Source: Candidatus Saccharimonadales bacterium (GTDB lineage Bacteria > Patescibacteriota > Saccharimonadia > Saccharimonadales > OMJO01). From it: a stretch of DNA of 64,000 nucleotides. The notes beneath the pieces are model-generated. The model did not search any database. It had not been told where the DNA came from and saw nothing but the letters and a program-made list of their open reading frames with translations. The stretch is from positions 450-64,449 of the forward strand of contig JBBQQG010000003.1 in NCBI GenBank assembly GCA_038216175.1, written 5' to 3'. The translations under genes were made by a program, and so were the position numbers. Shown here in pieces: positions 19,022 to 28,476 of this stretch (its first letter is position 1; each line of letters starts with the position of its first letter).

Positions 19022-20068
19022 GTGTTAATGCTCGATGATCTTAAATATATACACCAACATGATGTAAGTGATGCACTTGGCTTGGCAGAGAAACAAACTG
19101 AGCAATATAACTATAGTTTTAACTTTATTTGGTCAGAACCAAAAGATATTGTTAATGTCGTTATTGCAGGTATGGGCGGTTCCGGATTAGCCGCAAAAGC
19201 TTTTCATAGTTGGCCGGGTCTGAGTGTACCTTTTGAAGTAATTCAAAGTTATGATCTTCCGTCGTATGTAAATAATAATTCGCTTTTTATCGCTTCCAGC
19301 TATTCCGGCAACACCGAAGAAACCGTTAATGTGCTAAATGTAGCGCTTTCTAAAGATGAAAATTCTCGTCCGATGATAATAGTTATCGCAGCCGGCGGAA
19401 AACTAGAAGAAGTAGCTGTAAATAATCAGCTGCCGTTTATTAAATTACCTTCAGGTTTCCAGCCAAGAATGACTTTTGGCTACCAATTGAGAGCTTTATG
19501 CGAATTATTTGATCAGACTAAACTGACAAACAATACAGTCTCACAGTTGCAAAACGCGGCCACCGGTCTTAAAAACGAAATAGCCAAGTGGGTATCAACC
19601 GTGCCGACTAGCAATAACGATGCCAAGAAGCTGGCGCTTGAGATTATCGGTAAATCGCCGGTAGTTTATGCTGGTAATATGCTATACCCAGCAGCCTATA
19701 AATGGAAAATTAGCTTTAATGAAAATGCTAAAAATGTTGCTTGGTGCAATGTCCTGCCAGAGTTTAACCATAATGAAATGCTAGGCTGGACATCTCACCC
19801 CATAGATAAGCCTTACGTAGTAATAGAGCTGAGATCAAATCTTGAAAACGAAAGAATCCAAAAAAGATTCGCTGTATCTGAAAAACTATTATCAGGTCTG
19901 AGACCTCAACCACATGTTATAAATCTCCCTGGCGATACTATTCTTGATCAAATGATCTGGGCAATAGCCCTTGGTGATTTTGTAAGTCTGTATGTCGCAC
20001 TATTAAACGGTCTCGATCCAACACCTGTAATATTAATTGAAAAATTTAAGACTGCGCTAGATCAGTAG
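19022..20068 (+). CDS. Bifunctional phosphoglucose/phosphomannose isomerase (SIS)
   Basis: GMGGSG, SYSGNTEET, QPR, NENAK, PEFNHNE. Confidence 0.92.
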   Translation: MLMLDDLKYIHQHDVSDALGLAEKQTEQYNYSFNFIWSEPKDIVNVVIAGMGGSGLAAKAFHSWPGLSVPFEVIQSYDLPSYVNNNSLFIASSYSGNTEETVNVLNVALSKDENSRPMIIVIAAGGKLEEVAVNNQLPFIKLPSGFQPRMTFGYQLRALCELFDQTKLTNNTVSQLQNAATGLKNEIAKWVSTVPTSNNDAKKLALEIIGKSPVVYAGNMLYPAAYKWKISFNENAKNVAWCNVLPEFNHNEMLGWTSHPIDKPYVVIELRSNLENERIQKRFAVSEKLLSGLRPQPHVINLPGDTILDQMIWAIALGDFVSLYVALLNGLDPTPVILIEKFKTALDQ

Positions 20069-20096
20069 TATTATAAGAAAAGGAGCAGCAATTAAT

Positions 20097-20678
20097 ATGA
20101 ATAGCCAGGATTTATTCTCGAACATTATAAAAATAGTTGATCAGTGCATTAGGCAAGTTAGTAATGATCAGCTTACAAATAAGACCCCTTGTAAAGATTG
20201 GGATCTAAGAGAACTACTCAGGCATATAGTCTACGAACTACTTTGGGTCAGCGAATTAATTAATGGCAAGACTGTTGAAGAAGTTGGTGATCGATTTGAC
20301 GGAGATATTTTAGGAAGCGATATACAAGGAGCATGGGAACGTGCCAGTCACTTAGCGCTTAGCTCAGTTCAAACGGCCCAGCTGGATTCTATAGTTCATT
20401 TGTCATATGCCGATGTATCGGCCGAAAAATATATTAGAGAAATTGCCGGCGACGTCTTAATCCATGGCTGGGACGTTGATCAGAGCATTATGTGTAATAT
20501 GTTAATCCCCGACGATATTGCACAAGCAGTATATAATGACATTTTTCCGCGAAAACAGGAATTTGCTGACAGCGGATTATTTGGAACAGAGATAATTGTT
20601 GACAGTGATTCATCAATTCAATCAAAACTACTTGGACTGGTGGGGAGAAAAGTAACGTATAAAATTAACGATGACTAG
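20097..20678 (+). CDS. TIGR03086-type metal-binding protein (MDMPI/DinB superfamily)
   Basis: TPCKDWDLRELLRH, IHGWDV, LLGLVGR. Confidence 0.85.
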   Translation: MNSQDLFSNIIKIVDQCIRQVSNDQLTNKTPCKDWDLRELLRHIVYELLWVSELINGKTVEEVGDRFDGDILGSDIQGAWERASHLALSSVQTAQLDSIVHLSYADVSAEKYIREIAGDVLIHGWDVDQSIMCNMLIPDDIAQAVYNDIFPRKQEFADSGLFGTEIIVDSDSSIQSKLLGLVGRKVTYKINDD

Positions 20679-21396
20679 GATTGTCTGTGCCGAAGACATA
20701 AAAAAATTGGGCACAATACTTTCAATCTGGGCTCATCCAGATGATGAATCATTCAGTTGTGCTGGAATAATGTCGGCAGCTATATCTAATGGCCAGAAAG
20801 TAATTTGTGTTACTGCAACAAAAGGTGAGCTTGGAGTGCAAGATGAATCCCGTTGGCCAGCTGATAAACTAGGCGACATTCGTACATTGGAGCTGGAAGC
20901 AGCATTAGTTAAGTTAGGCATCGCCGAACATATTTGGCTGAAATATGAAGATGGCAACTGTTGCAATGCTAATTTTGATCAGGCTATAAGCCAGATCAGA
21001 GAAATTATTGAACAGTATAAGCCAGATACAATCTTAACGTTTGGACCAGATGGGATGACAGGACATTTAGATCATCAAACTGTATCGAAATGGGTCGATG
21101 TTGCAGCTGGAGATAGCGATATAAATATATACCACGCCGTCGAAGAAGAAGAAAGATACCTAAACGTTATGCTGGAAGCCGATAAAAAATTCAACATCTA
21201 TTTTAATATTGATAAGCCACCGACGCTGCCGAAAGATAAATGTGATATTGCAATAATACTTGAAGGCGAACTTCTCAAAAATAAAATAGAATCATTGAAA
21301 TTAATGCCGTCGCAAACAGAAAGAATGTTTAATACCACTCCAGCTGAAACAATGGCTGAAATTTTAGGTCAAGAGTATTTCATTTTAGTTAAATAG
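20671..21396 (+). CDS. PIG-L/LmbE family deacetylase
   Basis: AHPDDE, ATKGELG, TFGPDGMTGHLDH. Confidence 0.88.
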   Translation: MTRIVCAEDIKKLGTILSIWAHPDDESFSCAGIMSAAISNGQKVICVTATKGELGVQDESRWPADKLGDIRTLELEAALVKLGIAEHIWLKYEDGNCCNANFDQAISQIREIIEQYKPDTILTFGPDGMTGHLDHQTVSKWVDVAAGDSDINIYHAVEEEERYLNVMLEADKKFNIYFNIDKPPTLPKDKCDIAIILEGELLKNKIESLKLMPSQTERMFNTTPAETMAEILGQEYFILVK

Positions 21397-21937
21397 GTTT
21401 ATCTTTAAAACCGATTAAAAAGCCTACATAGCTTAGTAATAAATGAAGGCCGAAGTAGATTACGAAAATCATTAATATTGTTTGCAGCCGCAGGTGTATT
21501 AATATCAGTAAAAATGCCAGGCCTCCGATAATATAGTCGATCTGATCAAAAGGGAACCAACTATTTCCAGAAGTTATGCCGATTCTTCTTTTAAAAAAAC
21601 TCTCTACAGCATCGCCTAGCAGTGCACCAAAACCAATTAGCCCTCCCGCCAAAAAGCTGATCAATATGCCGTGAGTCGTAAACGTTCTTCCACTTAGATA
21701 TGCAACTTCTAAAAAACAAGTCAGCGCCGCTGCGCCCACCCCGAAAACCAGACCGCGCCAAGTCTTATGGTCTCCTAAAATACGTTTTCCTCCGATTGTT
21801 TTTTTTAGATCTATAGGTGTTGTCCAGCGATTTAAAATAGGTATTTTGTTGGCTATAGGAGGGGCCATATTTGCAATCCCAGCTGGCAAAAATATCCAAA
21901 AAGCTAAGTAGACATCGTTATATGTCAGCCAGTTCAT
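21389..21937 (-). CDS. CarS-like CDP-archaeol/CDP-diglyceride synthase family membrane protein
   Basis: ANMAP, PID, GDHKTWRG, GDAVESFFKRR, FPFDQIDY. Confidence 0.85.
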   Translation of the reverse strand: MNWLTYNDVYLAFWIFLPAGIANMAPPIANKIPILNRWTTPIDLKKTIGGKRILGDHKTWRGLVFGVGAAALTCFLEVAYLSGRTFTTHGILISFLAGGLIGFGALLGDAVESFFKRRIGITSGNSWFPFDQIDYIIGGLAFLLILIHLRLQTILMIFVIYFGLHLLLSYVGFLIGFKDKPI

Positions 21938-22587
21938 CTTATTTTCCCTATTTTTTTTCTTAACCTGTGATATTTAGGATAAAGTAGCGATCTTACTGTT
22001 GGACGGGTTGCTATTGGCGTACCCGTGTTCAATTGATCGATAAGCGTGTTTCGATTTGGCATTTCTTTAGTCTGCGTATATGACTTACCTAAACCATGAA
22101 TACCATGAGCGTCGCTGCTTGATACTCCAGTTTTACGATTAAGTTTTGACCAGACAACTGCTGGCGCGCTCTTGTTCTGAGCAAATGCTCGACCGTTATA
22201 AATTTCTATTATATCTATGTGGTCGGATATCTCTTCTAAAATACTAGGATGCAATCCTTTTCTAATTGTCTCGAATGGATGGGGGATATATACTAGCCCG
22301 TCTTGAGCATTTATTTGTAAGACTGTTTCGATTGGACTTAAACCAGCTGAGATGGCTTTCGTCAGATATAAACCGATAATTTCGCCGGCAGCAGTCATTA
22401 TTTCCTCTCCAACGATTATATGATCACCTAATTCCTTTTGAAGGCGCGTCGCAAAATCTATCGTGTTATGATCGGTTATTGCAATAAGATCAAGTTCTCC
22501 TCGGTCTATAATATTTCTATATTGCTCGGTGTTAATCCCGCCATCGGCCGATAATTCAGAATGAGTATGCAGATCAACCTTATACAT
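21934..22587 (-). CDS. PHP-domain phosphoesterase
   Basis: DLHTHS, ITDHN, GEEI, PHPF, SSDAH. Confidence 0.88.
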   Translation of the reverse strand: MYKVDLHTHSELSADGGINTEQYRNIIDRGELDLIAITDHNTIDFATRLQKELGDHIIVGEEIMTAAGEIIGLYLTKAISAGLSPIETVLQINAQDGLVYIPHPFETIRKGLHPSILEEISDHIDIIEIYNGRAFAQNKSAPAVVWSKLNRKTGVSSSDAHGIHGLGKSYTQTKEMPNRNTLIDQLNTGTPIATRPTVRSLLYPKYHRLRKKIGKIR

Positions 22588-23206
22588 TTTTTAATTTACT
22601 AGTTATAGTAATTAATCTTTGAAGGGCAGTTAGACTTGCTGTTAAAGCTATAAATACAACTGCTATCATTAAACGATTAAATATGAGCCCAACTATTAGT
22701 ACAACCATACGAACTTCAAATCGCATTATGCCGTCTTGAAACAACCGGTTTACTTCTGAAGTTGTTAAGCTGCTTTTAGCAACCGCCGTTTCCCCTTTGG
22801 CTTTAACGTAGCTTACTGATAAGCTGGCACCGCAAGCTACAACCGCCCATACAGCCAGAAGCGGCCTAGAGCTGTTAATAATTGCGAAGGCCGCACCTGA
22901 ATAAAGCATTACTTCTTTAAATCTATCTGTACTGGCATCGAGAAGCATTCCAATTGGACTATCACGTTTTTGCAACCGGGCTAGTTCGCCGTCTAAGCTG
23001 TCAAATAGGCCGAATATAATTAGTAGGATTGCAGCCACAATATTATTTTTGTATGCAATTAATACAGCGATAGGTATGTGAGCCAGTAAACCGACAATTG
23101 TTACGCTGTTAGGAGTGATTTTTCCACCGCTAATTTTATTTAAGATTTTGGCTATTCGCCCCATTATTCGACGGACAAAACTTCTGATTGCGTCGGGTAG
23201 AGTCAT
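22580..23206 (-). CDS. CDP-alcohol phosphatidyltransferase
   Basis: TPNSVT and signature DSLDGELAR..G.LLDASTDR. Confidence 0.9.
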   Translation of the reverse strand: MTLPDAIRSFVRRIMGRIAKILNKISGGKITPNSVTIVGLLAHIPIAVLIAYKNNIVAAILLIIFGLFDSLDGELARLQKRDSPIGMLLDASTDRFKEVMLYSGAAFAIINSSRPLLAVWAVVACGASLSVSYVKAKGETAVAKSSLTTSEVNRLFQDGIMRFEVRMVVLIVGLIFNRLMIAVVFIALTASLTALQRLITITSKLKNV

Positions 23207-23266
23207 AAAAACATTATACGGTGTTTTTATTATTTTGGATTAGTCATTAAATTTCGAAGTGAAACA

Positions 23267-23980
23267 ATGTTAGCGCCGCTAATATATACTTTATATATTA
23301 TGGTCAGTATTCCATTGTTCCTGCGTGGTCGGTACTCGGGAGTAATTAAAGCATTAGTGCTATCAAACTTCATGAGTCTAGTTTTGCTTATTATAAAGAT
23401 GATAAGCACTCATTCTTGGGTTTACCTATATTTGTCATGGAATATATTTTTAGCCTGGCTGTGCCTGCTTTTTGCTTACGGATTGACGGTACATTTAAAA
23501 AATGGCTTATGGAGAAGTTGGCAGGCAGTAGCACTTTGCATACTTTGGTTAGGTTTTTTACCCAACAGTTTTTACCTGAGCACTGATTTAATGCACCTTC
23601 GAAATTCAACTGCTTCGACCGTGCTATTTGATGTCACACTTTTTGTACTATTTATGTTTAATGGCTTCGTTAGCGGTATATGGAGTACATTTCTGGTACA
23701 CTCGGCGCTTCTAAAAAGATTTAAAAGTATTTATTGCCATATTTTTATAGTATTAGTCCTGATTAGTTGCAGCTTTGGAATATTTCTCGGTCGCAGTCTG
23801 CGCTGGAACACATGGGACGTAATTATCAACCCGGCCGGATTATTGTTCGATATTTCTGATAGCTTTATAAATCCGTCGGCCCACCCACAGGCTTTTGTTA
23901 CTACGACTACCTTTTTTATATTAATTGGCAGTGTATATTATGTCGTTTGGAAGCTTGTTAAAGCCCTGCAGTCCAACTAG
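23267..23980 (+). CDS. DUF1361-family membrane protein
   Basis: WNIFLAW, WLGFLPNSFYLSTDLMHL, GRSLRWNTWD. Confidence 0.8.
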   Translation: MLAPLIYTLYIMVSIPLFLRGRYSGVIKALVLSNFMSLVLLIIKMISTHSWVYLYLSWNIFLAWLCLLFAYGLTVHLKNGLWRSWQAVALCILWLGFLPNSFYLSTDLMHLRNSTASTVLFDVTLFVLFMFNGFVSGIWSTFLVHSALLKRFKSIYCHIFIVLVLISCSFGIFLGRSLRWNTWDVIINPAGLLFDISDSFINPSAHPQAFVTTTTFFILIGSVYYVVWKLVKALQSN

Positions 23981-24003
23981 TTATATCTGTTATACTGATA
24001 TTA

Positions 24004-25665
24004 ATGATTCAAATTCTTGAACACGCTATAAATGAAATTTGCTTAGAATTGTTCAGCCAGCGAGTAGAAGCAAGACTGACTAGGACGAATGAACAATTTG
24101 GCGATTACTCGACTAATATCGCGCTATATTTAGCTGGAAAAATAAATAAAAATTCAATAGATATCGCCAATCAAATAGTTGCCAAGCTGGAAAACCATCG
24201 ACTGCTCGCATTCAAGCCTGCGGTGGCCGGACTAGGATTCATAAATTTACATTTTAGCGACCAGGCTATTTGGGATATGACAAAACTAACCGTCGACAGA
24301 AACCTTGAAGATAAATCAATAATAGTCGAATATTTAGACCCGAATCCTTTTAAAGAAATACATATCGGACATGCTTATAGTGGTACAATCGGCGATGCCA
24401 TAGCCAGTTTATTCGAACTTAGAGGTGCGAATGTGCACCGCGTAACTTATCAGGGCGATGTTGGGCTTCACGTAGCAAAAGCACTTTACGGGATATTATT
24501 AAAAACAGATAATGATGTAACAAAATTAAGTAGAATTAGTAATAACGATAAATCTAACTTCTTAGGTAGTGCCTATGTCTTAGGTTCAACTGCTTACGAT
24601 AACGATCAAACGGCTAATAAACGTATAGTTGAAATTAATATAAAAGTTTATGATCGATCAGATAAGCTCCAGAATCAAGTTTATGAAATCTGCAAAGCTT
24701 GGAGCCTAGAGTATTTTGACGATGTATACAAAAAACTGGGGTTTAATTTATTTGAAAAAAATTATATGGAAAGCGAAGTTGCTGAAGAGGGCAAGCAGCT
24801 AGTGTTAAGCAATATAAAGAACGGCATTTTCCAAGAAAGCGAAGGCGCAGTAATATTCGACGGCGATAAATTTGGACTACATAAGCGCGTTTTTATAAAT
24901 AGCAAAGGACTGCCAACTTATGAGGCAAAAGACTTAGGCAATGCAGCCAAGAAATGGCGCGACTTTCATTATTATAAATCTGTCGTAATAACTGGACACG
25001 AGCAAGCCGAGTATTTCAAAGTAATGTTAAAAGCGCTTGAACAATTTGAGCCCGATCAAGCAAAATCTACTACCCATATTGCCCACGGAATGGTCAAACT
25101 TAGCTCTGGCAAAATGAGTAGTCGAAAGGGTAATGTTGTTAAAGCACTAGATGTGTTAGAAGTCGTGAAGCAATCAGCAAAACTGTCAGCTGACGAGGAT
25201 GCCGACGACGTAAAAATAAACGATGTTTCGCTCGCCGCTATGAAGTATGCTTTTCTTAAAAACCGTATAGGCAGCGACGTAGCATTCGATATCAATGAAT
25301 CAGTCGCGGTAGAAGGCAACAGCGGGCCTTATTTGCAGTATGCACATGCCAGAGCCCGCAGTATACTTGCAAAAACGGGCGACGAAAATGTTGAATCCTT
25401 AGAACTACAACCGGCTGAACGCAGTTTGCTACGAAAAATCGGTGAATTTACAGAAGTCGTTAATAATGCTTCTGAACAGTTGATGCCGCATTTAATTTGC
25501 ACGTATCTGTATGAACTTGCCCAGGTATTTAATCGTTTTTATGAGTCAAACCGAGTTATTGGCCACGAAAGGCAAGCTTTGAGAAAAAAACTTGTGCACT
25601 GCTACGCGGACGTTCTTAAAAAAGGGCTCCAAGTTCTTAATATCCCAGCGCCGGAACGAATATAG
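24004..25665 (+). CDS. argS: Arginine--tRNA ligase
   Basis: FGDYSTN, PNPFKEIHIGH, KMSSRKG, GPYLQYAHAR. Confidence 0.96.
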   Translation: MIQILEHAINEICLELFSQRVEARLTRTNEQFGDYSTNIALYLAGKINKNSIDIANQIVAKLENHRLLAFKPAVAGLGFINLHFSDQAIWDMTKLTVDRNLEDKSIIVEYLDPNPFKEIHIGHAYSGTIGDAIASLFELRGANVHRVTYQGDVGLHVAKALYGILLKTDNDVTKLSRISNNDKSNFLGSAYVLGSTAYDNDQTANKRIVEINIKVYDRSDKLQNQVYEICKAWSLEYFDDVYKKLGFNLFEKNYMESEVAEEGKQLVLSNIKNGIFQESEGAVIFDGDKFGLHKRVFINSKGLPTYEAKDLGNAAKKWRDFHYYKSVVITGHEQAEYFKVMLKALEQFEPDQAKSTTHIAHGMVKLSSGKMSSRKGNVVKALDVLEVVKQSAKLSADEDADDVKINDVSLAAMKYAFLKNRIGSDVAFDINESVAVEGNSGPYLQYAHARARSILAKTGDENVESLELQPAERSLLRKIGEFTEVVNNASEQLMPHLICTYLYELAQVFNRFYESNRVIGHERQALRKKLVHCYADVLKKGLQVLNIPAPERI

Positions 25666-25749
25666 TTTTAGCAGTAATTTCTAATAATACTGAATAAATA
25701 CAATAATTTAATTACTAAATTTACGAAGTAAAGGTATAAAAATTTTAAT

Positions 25750-26463
25750 ATGGCTTCGCTCGAACAGATTAAATCCGAGATTAGTGCAGCTTCAAATTCG
25801 AAATATGCACTTCGTAGCATCAGGTTCTTCAAAACCGGTCCGGGCAATTACGGCGAAGGCGATAAATTTTTAGGGATAAATGTACCTACTCAGCGTACTA
25901 TCGCTAAAAAATACTTCCGAACATTATCGTTGGACGCAGTTAGTGATCTGCTTACAAGCCCCTGGCACGAAGAAAGACTAATTGCGCTTTTCATTCTCGT
26001 GCTAGACTATAATTCCTCCAATGATTTGGTAAAAGACCAGATTGCCGGGCTCTATCTTGCAAATACCAAGTATATAAACAATTGGGATCTTGTTGATAGT
26101 TCAGCCTATCAAATCCTTGGACGTCATCTAATTGACAGTCCGTATAAGATGAAAATTCTTAAAAATTTAGCTCGCTCGAGCGACTTGTGGCAAAGAAGAA
26201 TAGCAGTTGTAAGTACCTTTTATTACATTAAGAGAGGCAGTTCGACGGAAGCATTAGACATAATTGAAATACTTAAATATGACAAACACGATTTAATACA
26301 AAAAGCCAGTGGCTGGATGCTTAGAGAAATTGGCAAACAAATAGATCCAGAAATTCTGATAACTTTTTTGGATAAAGAAGCACAGACACTCCCCAGAATT
26401 ACATTAAGATACGCAATTGAGCGACTTAGTGAAACATCGCGGAGCTATTATATGAAAAAGTAA
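25750..26463 (+). CDS. DNA alkylation repair protein (AlkD-like)
   Basis: FFKTGPG.YGEGD.FLG, NNWDLVD, KASGWMLREIGK, LRYAIE. Confidence 0.88.
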   Translation: MASLEQIKSEISAASNSKYALRSIRFFKTGPGNYGEGDKFLGINVPTQRTIAKKYFRTLSLDAVSDLLTSPWHEERLIALFILVLDYNSSNDLVKDQIAGLYLANTKYINNWDLVDSSAYQILGRHLIDSPYKMKILKNLARSSDLWQRRIAVVSTFYYIKRGSSTEALDIIEILKYDKHDLIQKASGWMLREIGKQIDPEILITFLDKEAQTLPRITLRYAIERLSETSRSYYMKK

Positions 26464-26508
26464 ATATTCTACAAACGCGGCCGCTACGGTACAATAGCCG
26501 TAAGAACT

Positions 26509-27996
26509 ATGAAAAAAGTGCTCATTCTGTATCCTAATCAATTATTTCCAGCCGGAGATTTGCCACAAGTAGATCATATATTTTTAGTTGAGGAACCGTT
26601 GTTTTTCGGACGTGATACCGAGCAACCAAAACAATTGCACAAACAGAAATTAATTCTTCATAGAGCGAGTATGCGCAGATATGTTGAAGAAGTTTTATGG
26701 CCAGCTGGTTATGAAGTCGATTATATTGATTTAGACGTTTTATACGATACCGGTGATATATTTTCGAAATTAAAACATGTTGAACAAATATATGTATTTG
26801 ACCCCGTAGACAATTTGCTGGCGTCCCGATTATTGCAAGCCAGGCGTAATAATTCAAATTCTCTGGCCGTCGAGTTTCTACCAAATCCTAATTACTATTT
26901 ATTAGACCAAGAAATACGCCAATATTTTACTGATCGTCATAAACATCCTTTTCCCGAGTTTTACCAATGGCAAAGAGAGAGGTTTAACATTCTAATTGGC
27001 GAAGACTACAAACCTATCGGCGGTAAATGGATTTATGAAGTTACTCCTAAAACAATTGAACCGAGCTCAAACCTGCCTAGCTTCGAAGTTTTTGGCGATA
27101 ATAAGTTTGTCAAAGATGCTGTCGAATATGTAAACAAGCATTTTCCAGATAACCCTGGAAGTACGGATTTTATTTGGCCGACTAATCATAACGAAGCTAA
27201 AAAATGGCTGACAAATTTTCTTGAAGAGAGGATAGACCATTACTCTGAATATGAAAATTCATTAGATGGTCAAGCTGCTTGGTTATTCCATAGTGCACTT
27301 GCTTCTAGTCTAAATACCGGACTGTTAAGTCCAAAGCAAATAATAGACGAAACTTTAGCCAGACATCAAAAAAAAGAGATACCGATCAACAGTCTAGAAT
27401 CATTTGTTCGGCAAATTTTAGGCTGGAGAGAATTTGTGCGCGGGAGTTATTTGCTACGTCACAATCAAATGAAATCGAGTAATATTTTTAAACATCAGCG
27501 TAAATTAACGCGAGCATGGTATGACGGGACTACTGGTATACCACCATTTGATGATCTAGTAGTGAAAATAATAGCCAGAGGTTATGCTCATAATAGCGAA
27601 CGCCAATTAATAGCCGGAAATTTAATGGTACTTTGCGAAATTCAACCTGACGATATGCTCAAATGGTTTTCTGAATTGTTTGTTGATTCATATGATTGGG
27701 TAACAATACCAAATGTATTTATGGTCAGCCAGTTTACCGATAGTAGCAATTTCAATCTCGAACCTTCGATTTGTCCGTCAACTTATATATTACAGCTTAG
27801 CAACTATCAGCGAGATGTCTGGTGTGATATCTGGGACGGGCTGTACTGGCGTTTTATTAATAAACATCGGGACGAACTAAACCATAACGCTCGAATGAGA
27901 ACAATGTTGCAAAGATTGGACCGTTTAGATCCCGACCGGCAGCGAATTATCAATTACAGAGCCGAAGACTTTTTAAATAAATTCACGGTTATTTAA
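26509..27996 (+). CDS. Cryptochrome/photolyase-related protein (PhrB/CryB-like, DPRP domain)
   Basis: YPNQLF, HKQKLILHRASM, FYQWQR, PIGGKW, RQILGWREF, FVDSYDWV. Confidence 0.85.
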   Translation: MKKVLILYPNQLFPAGDLPQVDHIFLVEEPLFFGRDTEQPKQLHKQKLILHRASMRRYVEEVLWPAGYEVDYIDLDVLYDTGDIFSKLKHVEQIYVFDPVDNLLASRLLQARRNNSNSLAVEFLPNPNYYLLDQEIRQYFTDRHKHPFPEFYQWQRERFNILIGEDYKPIGGKWIYEVTPKTIEPSSNLPSFEVFGDNKFVKDAVEYVNKHFPDNPGSTDFIWPTNHNEAKKWLTNFLEERIDHYSEYENSLDGQAAWLFHSALASSLNTGLLSPKQIIDETLARHQKKEIPINSLESFVRQILGWREFVRGSYLLRHNQMKSSNIFKHQRKLTRAWYDGTTGIPPFDDLVVKIIARGYAHNSERQLIAGNLMVLCEIQPDDMLKWFSELFVDSYDWVTIPNVFMVSQFTDSSNFNLEPSICPSTYILQLSNYQRDVWCDIWDGLYWRFINKHRDELNHNARMRTMLQRLDRLDPDRQRIINYRAEDFLNKFTVI

Positions 27997-28061
27997 AATT
28001 CTTATGACTCGATCTTCTTATCTTTTACAGTGCTATACTATGAATGATCAAGGAGTAGAAT

Positions 28062-28472
28062 ATGGCAACCGAAAATGAAAATAATCATAAAACCAAACTA
28101 ATAGAAAAAAAAGAAGTAATAGTAGCGTTTCCGGTGATTAAAGCTCCGGACTGGTTACAGGGATTTGTTGATTTTATCAGGGAACAAGGCGTCGTCGGCC
28201 TGGCAGTCGGTTTAGTGCTAGGTGTAGCTGCTAAAAGTGTTGTTGATTCATTAGTAAATAATATTTTCAATCCTGTTGTTGGTCTGGCTGCCGGTGGTGG
28301 TGAACTTGGTTCAAAATACGTCTGCTTAAAAACCGTAGGCAGCGCGTGCACTAACAAACTTGGTTATGGGCGGTTACTCAGCGACCTCATAAGTTTTGTT
28401 ATTGTAGCTTTTATAGTTTATTTTGTTGTCAAAGGGTTAAAATTAGATAAACTCGACATTAAAAAACCCTAA
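28062..28472 (+). CDS. mscL: Large-conductance mechanosensitive channel
   Basis: FIREQGVVGLAVGLVLG, LVNNIFNP, YGRLLSDLISF. Confidence 0.85.
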   Translation: MATENENNHKTKLIEKKEVIVAFPVIKAPDWLQGFVDFIREQGVVGLAVGLVLGVAAKSVVDSLVNNIFNPVVGLAAGGGELGSKYVCLKTVGSACTNKLGYGRLLSDLISFVIVAFIVYFVVKGLKLDKLDIKKP

Positions 28473-28476
28473 AATT

